DNA of 64,000 nucleotides from Octopus vulgaris (GCA_951406725.2 OX597821.1:59520001-59584000), one strand, 5' to 3'. Shown: positions 12,453 through 26,030, numbered from the stretch's first letter. Translations and numbers: made by a program. Notes: generated by a model not told the origin, from the sequence alone.

Positions 12453-13412
12453 TTACTTTATTATTTCTTAGCTGACTACATCAGACATCCAGATGCTGGG
12501 CCCTGGTTTGATTATTCCAGTGTTTTGAGGAGTGAAGAACCACCTCTTGGCCACTATTGTTCTCAGGTCTACTCTAAAGTGGAGTAGTAACACTTGTCAT
12601 GGTCCCAGCAATAGGTCAATTAGCATATCAAAGAATTGCCTCTGAATGAAAGTCACTGACAGACAGCCCAATGGACCCAAGGTAGATGAGGCCTTACAAC
12701 TCTTTAGCTGCTCATCTACAAGAAGGTAACTCTAAACAAGTGCCACATCTTAATAATTACTGGAGCTTGTGGAACTTGTTGCACCAACCAATACAAGTTT
12801 GAAGGAAGAGAGAGTGGGACTGGCTCTGCACAAACCACACCCTTTATAATAATATTCATTGTTCAAATTGTTCAACAAACCAAGACATCAGCACCAACAC
12901 ACTTTCTTCATAAGTCCAGTGGTAATAGGGAAATAGGCAACGAGGACAGGTTGAGGATGCTACTGGAAGTCTTCAGCTTTGACACCTGCACGCAGGTAAC
13001 CATAGGATGATAGTCGTCTTCCACAGACCTACACTATGCAGCTTTGTCTTGCTAAATCATCATTCATCGGAGCAATGAGGGAGTCCACCAGATCAAGGCA
13101 CAGGTAAAGCTGTGGTTGAGAAGCCATTATATGGCACATTGGACAAGTGTCTTCTACTATATCCTAAGGCATACCTAAGTCTTGTGAGTAGACTTGGTAG
13201 ATGGAAATGAAAAGAAACTTGTGTGTAAGTGTATGTGTGTACAGGTAGAGAGAGAGAGAGAGGTAGGGAGAGCCACCTGAAACAGCTGTAATGCACTAAT
13301 ACCTGGACATCCCTGTTACTTATTTGCTTCTATTCACCTTACTTTGAGCTGTGTGGATAATACCGGACTGACTTGGTGCCTCAACTTAAATGCCTAATTC
13401 AACTGAATCTTA

Positions 13413-13443
<31 letters not shown>

Positions 13444-14049
13444 ATGTATATAGGTATTTGTGTGTACCCCTGTTTAGACATCATATGATGGTGGTAAATG
13501 AGCATCATCATCATACAAGTGAGGCTGTCCATTTCCAGTTTTCCAGTGAAAAATATGTTTGACCATAGTAAGATGAGATGGCTACAAGAAAGGCATCTGG
13601 CTGTAGAAAATCTGCCTCAGCAAATTCTGTCTCACCCATCCCAGCATGGAAAATTGGACAATAAATGATAACAAGCATAGTTAATAGGTCACTTGTTAAT
13701 CTATTATAAGTTAACTCCCTTGACTCGATGCTCACCTGACAAGTCTTGCTGACACACCTGCATGTTACAAGGCTGTGATGAATATTTCCTGTAAGTTGTG
13801 ATCAAAAATTCCATACTTCCCCAAACTTACCAACTCTACTCCCGACACACATCTCACTCCTTACAATCTTTCCATTCGAGTCTTTTTAGGGTTCACTTTG
13901 TCTTTTTGTGCATTAAACATGTACTTTTAGCCTTCATTGCTGTCTTTCCTTACTTGAATTATTACTGCTTCCTGTCCCCTCTTTTACCCTCTTCATCATC
14001 ATCGTGTAAGCATTTCGCCCGGCATGCTAACAATTCTGCCAGCTCGTCG

Positions 14050-14282
14050 CCTTTATTATTGGTGAGCTAACAGAATTATTAGCAAGCCAGACAAAATGTT
14101 TAGTAGCATTTCATCCATCTTACATCCTTAGTTCAAATTCTACCAAGGTCAACATTGCCTTTCATCCTTTCGGGGTTGATAAGTTAAGTACCAATTATGC
14201 ACTGGAGTCAATGTAATCGACTAGCCCCCACTCTCCAGAATTTCAGGCCTTGTGCCTATAGTAGAAAGGATTATTATTATTA
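14050..14282 (+). mobile_element. SINE family B copy with (ATT)n tail
   Basis: ggtgagctaacagaa...gttcaaattc...gcctttcatcctttcggggttgataag...cctatagtagaaaggattattatt. An inverted head fragment lies directly upstream at about 14007-14052. Confidence 0.8.
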
Positions 14283-14319
14283 TAAGTAGCAAGGCATTTT
14301 CCTCTGATACTCTAACATA

Positions 14320-14543
14320 TTAAACATCCAGATTACTCTGTGTTACATTTACTGTCAAATATAACACTTATCTATTAACAACATTTTGAATAAATCATAC
14401 ATTATCTTGTAGCTTTGAGATTTCAATGATGTGATTGTTTAGTTTTAGAATGATATTGTAGGGTAAATGTGAGAGGCTGGACATGGCCAGTGTGAACACA
14501 GAATATCTGGGTTGGATATAGCCAGTCTGAATGCCAAAGGGCT
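14320..14543 (+). mobile_element. TTAA-type MITE family 1 copy
   Basis: cagattactctg...gagatttcaatgatgtgattg...gtgagaggctgga...aatgccaaaggg, homologous to 15580-15803. Confidence 0.7.
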
Positions 14544-14919
14544 CATGAATGCCACTCATGAATCACCCTCACAGTAATATTATGGTACAACTCATCTACT
14601 TCTTCATTCAATATTTGCAGATCTTCAAGTAAATGTTTTATTGAGAAATATTCCATCCTCTATTATTTACTAAGGTCAGCTGTGTTCACTGTATTCAGGT
14701 GTCCATTGTGAACACCTGAATTTGAAAATCCAGGTGCTTGCTCTTCCTCCTCCTCTGCAAGCCACTGTCTTAATGACTTTAAAAATTCACATGCAAATAG
14801 CTAGAATCTATTTGTGAAATTTCACTAAGAAAACTATAGATTTCGCAGACAGAGTGCTGCATTAAGAGACATTTGAATTGAACTGAAGAAGAATTTCAGT
14901 GAAAGGATTCCAAAGTTAC

Positions 14920-15140
14920 CTGTTATAACACTGGCGTCAGCTCGAGAATTCATCCAACACTTATCATGGTTGGTTTCATATAATTCAGGCTCAGATTCTT
15001 TGGTTCCCAGCTGCCCTTTATCATGTGATGCCAGCTTGACAGAGTTTGGTAAGCATTCTAAAATACCCACACAGTGGGCAGTAGAAATGTCATTAGTAAG
15101 GAGGTATGGTTGCTCTGGTCTCACCAGCGCCTCAAGGCAC
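14920..15140 (-). CDS. TRAK1: Upstream exon of the Milton/TRAK gene (coding at least from the ATG at 14953)
   Basis: Strong acceptor ttttttttttcttctgcag|G at 15141/15140 and donor ACAG|gtaact at 14920/14919. The terminal G joins AC of the next exon to give GAC (D). MNSRADASVIT-DVC resembles recalled TRAK2 MNSNHRDSESITDVC. The frame is open across the whole 221-nt exon. Confidence 0.85.
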
Positions 15141-15579
15141 CTGCAGAAGAAAAAAAAAACAATTGAAAGTTAATTTTATAAATGTAAACATTATTTGACA
15201 TTTATTATAGTTAAAACATCAAATAGTGATTCCTCTGTTTTCTTTAAACTGAAAAATATTCCATGATAAAAATTTACAAAAACAATATTCTGAAATAAAC
15301 TTCAGAACTTTTAGCACATTTCAAGCCACAACGATAATTTATTTCCCTTATAGTAGAAGACATGATATTCATAGCTTTTGAGTTGAGTTCACCAATAAAA
15401 AGTAATGGAACATTAAACATTTATACACTGTCCTAATTCTGACAATGGAGAAAGAAGCAAATCTTATGATACTTGTACTGGGAAAGTAAACTGGGTTGTT
15501 GAAAATTGTATTTTTGTCAGGAACATTAATCACCATTATTTACGACTCATTGCATTGTCAAAAGGAAAATAAAGTTGCC

Positions 15580-15803
15580 TTTAACCCTTAGCATTCAGAT
15601 TCTTTTGTCAAATGTATTCCTTGTTTATTCCTGTTGTTTTGAATCAATCATGTATTATTTTGGAGCTTCAAGATTTCAATGGTGTGTTTGTATATTTTTT
15701 AGAATGATGCTGTAGGGTAGGTGTGAGAGGCTGGATGTGGTCAGTTTTAACAGAAGACAGAATATTTGGACCAGATATGGCTGGATTAAATGCTAAAGGG
15801 TTA
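15580..15803 (+). mobile_element. TTAA-type (piggyBac-like) non-autonomous MITE family 1
   Basis: TIRs ttaacccttagcatt and aatgctaaagggtta. Further copies at 17353-17573, 14320-14543 and 11559-11768, with fragments near 39970-40060 and 50445-50550. Confidence 0.8.
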
Positions 15804-15874
15804 CAAATATACATTTTACTTATTGTAACTAATAGTAACAAAGACATCCTTTTATAAAGTACCAAGATACACTT

Positions 15875-16276
15875 CAGGGATGGGATGTATCATCAGTGAT
15901 GTTCCTGGGGTCTGAAGGGGTTTTGGGTCTTTCAACATCAAAAACCACTTGCCCAATTGACCCAGTTGTGGTTGATCAAATCCTAGGTTGCATTCCAGTT
16001 GCAGCAAACCACTAGTTTGCCCTCTTTATCCAAAGCCACCTTAGTGACCTTCGTGGCAGCTTACATGATGAAATTTACAGTCCTCTTCTTTACTGCACCA
16101 GTAACTTCATCAATCAGGGCTTCGCAGAATGAATGCTCCACAAAACCATAGCAGCCCACTTCAATTGCCTCACAATGTACCTGCCAGCCCTTGTTTTTGC
16201 ACTGCTCTCCTAGCTCCTGGTATTCAGCATGCTTCCTCATGTGAGCCACCATATGTTCTTCCCAGGGCACAGTCAG
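15875..16276 (-). mobile_element. 5'-truncated HERO/R2-group non-LTR retrotransposon: REL endonuclease C-terminus plus 3' UTR
   Basis: LTVPWEE...RKHAEYQELGEQCKNKGWQVHCEAIEVGCYGF is followed by KVTKVALDK/RWLWIKR-like residues. This matches the ELTVPWE...K..KY...GW....VEVGCRGF motif of REL-domain LINEs. Confidence 0.8.
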
Positions 16277-17352
16277 TGCAAAATAAAACGTTATTTCTGA
16301 ACTGTTCTAAAAATGATCTATTGTCGCCTATTAATGAATTGGTAAACTTAATGGCTGTATGGTTGTACACACAGAAACTATTTTGGTGTGCTTTGGCTCA
16401 ACACCAAATGCCATTAAGATATTTATAGAAACTAATGGGGCTTAAGGAAACAATAAAACTAATTCTTACAATGACTTAACGCTCTAACTGCTTCTGCACG
16501 ATTTATTATTTATACAGTTTTAAAAAGATACTTCCATATTTACTTGGAAATTTAAACATCTACATCACATATTAAATGTCCAACGACTCGACTGAACAAG
16601 AGAGAAGGCTGTTACAGGTGAAGTTAAATGAAGCATGCAGAGTTATGTACCTTTACAAGTTAGTACAAGAACAGTTGTGTAAGTTTGTCGAGTTTTCGTA
16701 TCTATATACATTAGGTTGGAAAGAAAGCCGAGGCGCTTTGCAACCAAGTATTTTCAGGTTCAGTGCTACTGCACGGCACTTAAAACAGTCATGAACCGAC
16801 CAATACCTTGTGAGTGAATTAGGTAGACGGAAATTGTATGGAAGTCCATCGTTGATTTGTTTACGTCCCTATAGTTTTGCAGTCCTCAAAAGAGACCGAC
16901 AGAATAAGTACCGAACTTTTAAAAAATAACTTTGGGAGTTGATTTGTTCGACTAAAATCATTCAAGGCAGTGTCCCAGCATGGCTGCAGTCCAATGACCA
17001 AAGTGAAGGGTAAAAGTTAACAACAGTTGATATTTAATTCATGGCTAGATACCCCTGCCCGCTTTTTCAACCACTTTATCTCTTCTGAGATAAGTTCCTT
17101 TAATATAGAGTCACTATTGGTCAAAGCTGGTTACCTATCAACACACAAATATGTGCAGGCCTGGGCAAGATTTTTCTAAAGACTGGCAGTTGTCCATGAA
17201 AGTAAATCTCCCCTCCACTCCATGACAATGTTTATCCAAAGGAAAAACTGCCAACTTGAGCCCATACAACTAGGTACCACTGTTGTCATAGCCATCACTG
17301 TCAGAACACAAAGAACCAAAATAAATACTGCCAGGCGTCTTGCATCAAACTC

Positions 17353-17573
17353 AACCCTTTTCGCATTCAGATTACTCTGTCATATGTAATGCTTATTTAA
17401 AAAACATTGTTTTGAATTAATTATGCATTATCTTATAACTCCAAGATTTCAATGTCATTGTTTATTTTTGAATGATATTGTAGGCTAGGTGTGAGAGGCT
17501 GGATCTGGCAAGTTTGAATATACAAGATAGGATATTTGTAACCAATATGGCTGGTTTAAACACTAAAAGATTA
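17353..17573 (+). mobile_element. TTAA-type MITE family 1 copy
   Basis: aacccttttcgcattcagattactctg...ggtttaaacactaaaagattaa. Confidence 0.75.
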
Positions 17574-19915
17574 ACAGTTCTACCAATCCATGGCAGGCTA
17601 CTTGATGTCCTCCACAGTTATGATATAAGTGTCACTGGATCTATGTCAGGATATCTGATGTGTAAATTCATTACACACACACACACACAGGGTTTCTTTC
17701 AGTTTCTGTTGAGCAAACCAATTCAAAAGTCTTTGGTTGGTCCAGAGCTACAGTAGAAGATATCTGTCCAAAGTACTGTATAGTGGAACTGAACCTGAGA
17801 CTATGTGGTTGGAAAGCAAGCTTCACAACCACACAACCACGCCTGTACCAATTACAATTAATTTATTTGTAACCGCTTTCGGTTTCTTCACATCGTCACA
17901 ATATAATAGATGATGTTAGCACCAATAACAAAGATAAAGATGAAGTAAACAAGACAGGAAATTATTCAATTTTCCATTTCTTTTTTTAAAAATTTTTTTT
18001 ATTAGCACTGACTTGTCAAAAACTGGGTCTCCAAATTCCTCCCCTGAAGCTAGGCATTGAAGAAATACAATTTTTTTTTTAACATCAAAATATCAACTGC
18101 ATCGATTAACCAACCAAATATCAATCTAGAAAAAATGCATTGCTCTCATTGTATATATTTGTTATCCAAGATGATGCCATAAAATATTTCACATGTAATC
18201 TTTGAATATATTTACTTCATTCAATGAGAAGAGACAACGAATTTGAAGCTAAAGTTGAACTTTTGGTTATGTTTAGTTACTGATCAAATAATCAAGTCAT
18301 AACTTACTACAGACATTGTGTATTGTCTCACAGCAAGGAACATACAATCAGGCATGTGATCCCAGATAAACAGAGTTTAGTGTTTCTTCGCATAGATTCA
18401 CAGTATAAAATATGCGTCAACATGTGAACTCGTGACCAAGAATCATTTATGATGAACCTTATTCACACAACTATTCTTTTCATCATTTATGTCTTATGTC
18501 TTATGAAATCTGAGACTTTGTTTTGGAGCAAAGAAAAGGGAGAATAAATGATGTTATATAATTCCCAAGGACATTACCAATGTAAGTCAAATGACTCCAA
18601 ACAGGAAGTTAAACCAGGTCACAGTGACCCAACTAGCTACAAGTTTACTAATGCCTCTGTGATAGATGCTGAATTGAAGTTCATGTTTCAGAATGAGGAA
18701 TGTAAATTTGAGTGTTGGATAATTTTCAGAAGTATTCTAATATATACATAACTCTCAACTATTAAAAAAAGGAAGCTAAATATTTTGCAAAATGTTGGAA
18801 ATTAATTGCACTCATTTACAACAATCATACAATGTCAAGAGATAATGGGACATACATTAAAGTTTATTTTTCTGTTAAGTTCTAATAAAACAAGTTTGCA
18901 TTAAATACTCAATACATTTTGTAAAGTACAAATTTATTGCTCTTTAACATAAATAGTATTTTACAGCAATTTTGAAGTTTCAACTAGCCAACCATCATAT
19001 ATATGTATGCATGTGTGTGTGATAGGTTTCTTTTAGTGTCTGTCTGACAAGGCTTTGGCCAGTCTAGGACTATAATAGAAGACACTTGACCAAGGTGCCA
19101 TGCAGTGAAACTGAACCTGGAACCACAATTACACTTGCATCTATAAAAAGAGTAAAAAAGAAGCAACATCACTTTAGAGAATGATAGAGTCAGTAATACA
19201 TTTTCATTATGAGGTCTGAGAATGACAGCAGTTAAGGAATAGGCTTTGCAGTTACGTGGCTCTGGGCCTTGGGCAAATGTCTTGCATAACAGCTGAAGTC
19301 AGCCAAAGCTTTGTAGGAATTTGGTATGTGGAAACTGTACTCAATATCATTAGATATGTGCCTGTGTCCCCGAGCCTAGCAGCTCTGTGAGTCAGGGCTG
19401 ACCATGTCTGTAACTTGTTTAGGCAGGCCTGGATGAGGCTCTATTTGAAAGAAGATTGTCATTTGCCCATGTATCCTTTTCCCCCTCTCTATGCAGCTGA
19501 TGTTATCAAAGAAAAAGTCTGCTGTTTACTATGTGAGATAGTATGAACTTAAAGTAATAATTATATCAGGTTAGTTGTGTAAAGCTAATAAGAGAAGCTG
19601 GTTGTTTAGAGTTAGACTAATTATATTATAAGTATTATGTTACACCAGACGGCAGTAATACTGAGTAAATAGATTCTTAGTTGGTTATAGTACTTAATGA
19701 AACTAATCTAAGCCATAACAACCACCTAATACCATCTCTATGCCATTGCATTCCTCAAAATCACTATCATGAATTTGTCTTTTGTATTTTTAACACAGAT
19801 TATTTCTTAATGAAATAACTTGTTATTCTGTAATGATTCCATCTTAGAACTCAGTTTGATAACTTTGGAGCTAAAATGTGTATTGTTGTCAGTCAATCTG
19901 CTGTGTGCATGTGCG

Positions 19916-19955
<40 letters not shown>

Positions 19956-21365
19956 TGTGTGTCAGAGTGTGCATGTGTGTGCGTGTCAGTGTTTCAGTGT
20001 GTGGGAGTCAGTGTGTGTGCATGCGCCATGTGTGCACACATTTGTGTATCTCTGTCTTGACATCCACCTGTAAAAAAGTCTGCCTCAATCAACTCCACAT
20101 GACTCATGCAAGCATGGAAAAGTGTAAGTTAAAATGATGGTGATGCTGATGATATATATAAAAGACTAATTAAAGCTTATATAATATGAAATATGATTAT
20201 ATGATTTATATGGAATAACGTTGAAGTATGTCAGAAGAAATCTATTGATTCTCTCCTCTTAAATACCATTTTCTCAATTCTTTCCAAGAAGCTAGCTAAA
20301 CTAGACTAAACCAGAAAATGACATTGATTTCGATTTGCCTTCTCAAAATTCTTAATGGTAAAAGGCATTCAGAAACTACAAAGTGCATGTATTCCAAGAA
20401 GTTCACTGAAATCTCTTACAACATCAAATTACATCATATCACACATGACTGACAGCTACCAAGAGCTGCTGAAATAAAACAATGAACAGTAATAGAAACT
20501 GGCTGAGAATCGCTAGAATTTATGATTGAATCTGTAATTCGGTTGAATGGATTTACTAAAAAGAAAAATTCAATGAAATAGCAAAACTATTTTTAAAAAA
20601 TAGGATCCATGAAAAACAGCATTAAAAGAAAACAAGAATTGACAACCTTCTTGAAGAGTAATACATGTTGATAAAGGATAGAAATAAGATGATTCAAAAA
20701 AGGCAAAAAACCTGTTTTCTACAGTCTTTATTGTATAATATAAGAACTACTGAAGAGAAACAGAGAGGAAGCTTTTTGATACCAACCAAACTTGGGACTG
20801 TATCTGGTTCTGTGATATAAACTTAAAAACCTATCACAAAAATTTCAGGTTAATAATGACAATGTTATTTTACTAAATTTGTCATTATTTAAAAAATTAA
20901 TTGAAGCCAAGGCAGTATATCTCAATGGAAAAGGGTTAAATAGTGCACAATATTTTGAGGTTAGTTTATGATGGTCCAAAAATGGAATACATTAACATAT
21001 GCTTAATTCTAGATTACCTAAAAACCAAAATAAATGTTGATCCATCCTAAATCCTTGTTCTGATTAAAAATCCATGCCTCTACCAGCTGAAAAATAAAAT
21101 AGACTCTTATATCTAATTACCCTATGCATTGCATTCAATCAGACACACAAAATCACCTAGTCTACATCAGGCCTGCTTGATGTCTACTAACGGATTAAAA
21201 TAAATGGCATGGTTTAAAATCAGTTCCTCAATATTTTCCATCCAACTATTTTGACATTATGATGGAACTTTGCTAAAACAAAGATACTGGTTACATCTTA
21301 TGTCAATTAATTTCAAAAGTAATGAAGAATTTAGTAAAATAACTGTCATTATTCATCTGGTGTTT

Positions 21366-21738
21366 GCATCATCATTTATTGTCCATTTTCGATGCTGGCA
21401 TGAATTGGACTGTTTGACATGGAGCTGGCCAGTCGGATAGCTGTCCAAACTCCAATAGTCTGTTGTGGCATGGTTTCTACTGCTGGATACCCTTCCTATT
21501 GCCAACCACTCTACAGAGTGTGCTGGGTGCTTTTATGGATGACCGCAATTTTACTTGGCTTGTTGTGTTTTCTTAAATACAACAAATTGCCCCAACTCCC
21601 AATCTTTTGTCATTTCCTCAGTGAGACCCAGTGTCTGAAGATCCTTTATCCCTCATCTTCCTGGGTCTACCCCTTCCGCAGGTTCCCTCCACAGTTAGAG
21701 CTCAGCACTTCTTTATGCAGCTGTCCACATCTATACGA
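21366..21738 (-). mobile_element. SINE/LINE-tail family C inserted into TTAA-MITE family 2 remnants (about 21250-21995)
   Basis: catcatcat...ctggatacccttcct...gtgctgggtgctttt. The flanks carry gaagaatttagtaaaataact...aaaaggttaa, homologous to 26703-26926. Confidence 0.65.
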
Positions 21739-23439
21739 AACATAATCTGAGTTTTAATTTAAAATATTTTAAACAGGAAGCTTGTACCATAGAACCAAGG
21801 ATGGTCTCAGGTAGTTTTTAATCATTTTGAAAATAGTGAAGAATTTAATAAAATAACTTGTAATTAATTTGGTACTTAGAACAAAAATTACATGAAATTT
21901 TGATGAAAGATTTTAATTTAGATCACTATGAAACAGGAAGTTTGCATCATAGAATCAGGAATGGTCTTATGTTATTTGGTATGAAAAAGGTTAAAATTCA
22001 TTGAAAATAATTAATAGGAGTTAAATTATAAAAGTAATAACATCCAATTTAAAAATAATTATCAACTTAACTATTAAAGTGACTAAGAATACAAACACTA
22101 CCACTATAAACTTTATTTTATCCATAAAATTAATCAGCGAAAACTATGGCAGATATTTAATCTTTACTCAATATCTAATTATTCTTTATTCGGATTTTTA
22201 ATTAGATGATTTTAGAACAGACATCATCATCATCATTTGCAACAAAGTTGAATGAAACCTTAAATTAACGAAGGCAAATTCAAATATTAACCAAGCTGCA
22301 TAATTAAAAATATCTGTTAAAAGGTACAATAATGGCGACGATGGTGGTGGTGGTGGTGGTGATGATAAAATATGAGAAAGATTGCAAAAAGAAGAAAATG
22401 CACATAAAGGGTTTAATGCAAAAGTTATTTAGAAGAACAAAACCAAAACAGAGAAAATGGTTCCATGCAACATTTTTACTGCAATAATTAGATGAAAAAG
22501 AAAAAATAGCAGTAGAGGTTGCAAGCTATATGCTTTATCTAAACATCAAAACCTAACACACACACACAGATGCTGGTAGCCAATGAAAGTCATCTCAGAA
22601 GTAATAAACATGTGATTCAATCTAATACAGTTTTTATCAAAGAGATTCTTAAAACATCACTTTAGCACATGTCTATAAACTTTAGCAAATGAACTGTTTA
22701 AACTGTTAATAAATAACAAGAATATCATCTTAAAATATCTTCCAATAATGGTTCAATAATAAACTCCACACTAGCAGTCTAATCTAACCCCTCCCCCTGC
22801 ACCTCCAACTGCCTCCCAAATAGCAATATATTTCTCTTCATTCAGCAAGGTCAAATACATTAATATCATTAGTAGATAATTATTCTTTTAAGCCTGAGGT
22901 TATACCAATATCAATTTCAGGAACATTGATGAAATTAATATGGTATCTCAGATACATTTATATTAATATGATTGAAGTCTAACAGCCAACAATGTGATAT
23001 TAATTATACTTCCTGCCTTCAATGTTGATAGATATATTTAAGTTGTTATATAATAATAAACATAGGTATAATGATAATGACATGGCAATCTTAATATTTG
23101 CTCTTTTAATATAGACTTCGTTAAGAACTGCAATTCTTGCAGTCAGTTTAGAAATAATATCACTGTTTAATTCATACGTCATTGTAGTTTCTCTAAACAG
23201 AGTAGCTTAAGACAGACAAGCAGACAGACAGGCAGGCAGGCAGGCAGGCAGACAGACAGGCAGACAGACACACACAGCGGCTTCTTTTAGTTTCTGTGTA
23301 CCATGTGGTTTGGGGTTCGCTCCCATTGCAAGGATCTGACGGCTAGGGTTTTCTAGTATAACAATGGATTGACCAATACACTATGAATGAAGTCTGATAC
23401 GTGGAAATTGGACGAAGCCCATTTCTAGATGTGGTGCTG

Positions 23440-23822
23440 TGGCTAGTATGCTTCAACAACCCTGAGAGTTATGCCAGCGTAGTACAAGCTCCTGGTAAGG
23501 CCTCCCATATTGGACAGGTCAAAGTATAGAGGCCAGATTAGTATGGATCACCTCTTCCAAGAGGTAAAAATGGGTTTGTGTAGGGCTAACAGCCCAACTT
23601 CAAAAGAAGCCAAGTTACAGAAGCACTGATGACAATTCAAAGCCAACAAGACTTGGGAGAGGAAATCCTTCCCTCAGGGAAACATATAAAGGATACTGTG
23701 GCAGAGCTGAGAAAGCAAGAATCCAATTGGAAACAAACAGAAAAAGACAGCCAAGAGTTGGTGAAGGTGTAGATAAGACGCTGATGACCTATGCTTCATA
23801 GGAGCAAAAAGCCGAAGTAAAA
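23440..23822 (+). mobile_element. Short non-autonomous RTE-like element
   Basis: Collinear with 38440-38812 (caggtcaaag.atagaggccaga...ttacagaagca...agagctga.aaagcaag...cctatgct). Confidence 0.65.
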
Positions 23823-24007
23823 TTTAGTATGAGAAGTGTGTGTGCACAACTGAATGTATATTCTTTTTTTGACATGTGCATGTTTATTGTAAACAAAGAG
23901 TCACTGTTCATACAAATGGTTGTTTGTTTCTGATTACGATGTATCCAATTTCACTGACAAAGCTATTTTTAATGTGTAGATTTACAGATGAAATTTCACT
24001 TCCTTTC

Positions 24008-24230
24008 ATTATCATCATCATCATCGTCATTTAACACCTGTTTTCTATGCTAGCAAGTGTTGGACTGTTTGATAGGAGCTGGTAAGGTCAGGGGCTGTAC
24101 ACTACTCCCACTACCTGTTTTGGCATGGTTTCTAAGTCTGGATGCCCTTCCTAATGCCAACCTCTTTACAGAGTGTACTGGGTACTTTTTACATGGCACC
24201 AACACCAGTGTTTTTTACATGGCACTCGCA
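24008..24230 (-). mobile_element. Family C copy
   Basis: catcatcatcgtcatttaac...ctggatgcccttcctaatgccaacc. Confidence 0.7.
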
Positions 24231-25629
24231 AATCATTCCCTCGGGATAGCTCAGCACTATTAACAAATATTGTTCCAAATTGTTATCAACCTTTTCTTTC
24301 TATTTTGTGGTAAAACACACATAAAATACAGTCATGATATTCTGATTGTTCTCTATCGACTTTATCAGAAGAAATCCATCCAGGGTTGTTGCTTGTTTTT
24401 GCAACTTCTATGATAGCAAGAAGATTCTAAAGTATTACAATGAATTGCTCTTTTTATCATCACTTTAGTATGAGGCCAGATTACAATAATAATCCAATCA
24501 ATTAACAAACATCCTTATTACATAATAATACAATTACATCAGTTATTAGGTGGGAAAAGATTCAATATTTTACAAGCTATCTATAAGTCTATTATGAAAA
24601 ACAACTTTTCAAAATGGAGTAAGCCATATAATGATGTATATATTTTATAAATTAACCCCTGCTGGTCATTACTATTGGGACAGCTCTTGATGTAGGAATA
24701 AGCTAGATATTTTATATACATAATGTGTGTGTAAGTTGTACTGTTTTATACTTGATTTTAGGAGAAAAAATTGTAGTGCGACATATACAGGGCAAAGTTT
24801 GAACATGTGGGGAAAAAATTTTGTACCAAGATCTAACACTAAATTAGGGGTGCAACTCATGCATGAGTAAATCAAGAGTGTGTGTGTGTGTGACCCCTCA
24901 TAATAATCATTTAATTTCCCATTTTCCATACTGGCATAAGTTGGACAGTTTGACATGAACAGACAAGCCAGAGGGCTGCGTCGGGTTCTTATAGTAATAA
25001 AAGTCTTGATTAACAATGCTATACAAAATACAGCAATGATGAGAATATTTCTCAAAAGAAATTATTGCCAATATATAAACAGAATAATCATAATTGATAT
25101 ATCACCTTCAAGGTGTAGTAGAACTAAACTGTACTGTTTATAAAGTAATTACTAAAAATAAACAAAACAAATATGACAAACATAAACATGAGACATATGC
25201 AAATAATGAGAAGCTAAAATTGTTGCCTGTTGAGATACTAGATGCAATTAATTATGAAGGCATTTAATTTGGTTTCTAGACATTAATTAATCAGTTGAGA
25301 ATTATCTCCAATTTCAATAAGAAACCAAAGAAAAAAATACAAATATCAAATTTACTGAAAATTGGATAATTTATTTAATTAAATGAACGCCTATGAAAAT
25401 TATTTCATATAAACTACGAAGTTGAGCTCTTTATATTGTATTGATACAAACTCTTACTTAACAAACCAATGTAGGTTTAATATGTACAAACACGTCCACT
25501 GTCTTTGTTACATAATGAATTTCCTCTGAACTTTACTTCAACAGCAACAAAAAAAAATTATCGATTCCAAATAACAAAATAAAAACATAAATGAAAGTAA
25601 AAAATAAATGCAGATCTGAAATCTTATAG

Positions 25630-26030
25630 CTTTTATTGGATTCAGTCATTAGATTGTGGCCATGCTGGGGCACCATTTTGAAGGGTTTAGTTGAGCAAAT
25701 GGACACCAGTATTTTCTTTAAAAATTCTAGTACTTATCCTATTGATCGTTTTTGCCAAACTGCTAAGTTACAAGAACATAAACAAACCAACATCAGTTAC
25801 CAAGTAATGGGGGTGGGTGTGACAAACACACACACACACACACACATCTATCTATCTATCTACCTCTGTGTGTGTGTGTACATACACAAGGGGCTTTCAT
25901 ATCAAATTCACTCCCAAGAGATTGATCAGTTTGGGGCTATTGTGGAAGACTCTTGCCCATGGTGCCATGCAGTGGGACTGAACCCAAAACCATGTGGTTG
26001 CAAAGTAAGTTTCCTAACCACACAGCTATC
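25630..26030 (-). mobile_element. SINE family A copy
   Basis: ttcagtcattagattgtggccatgctgg...gcagtgggactgaaccc...ccacacagc. Confidence 0.8.
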
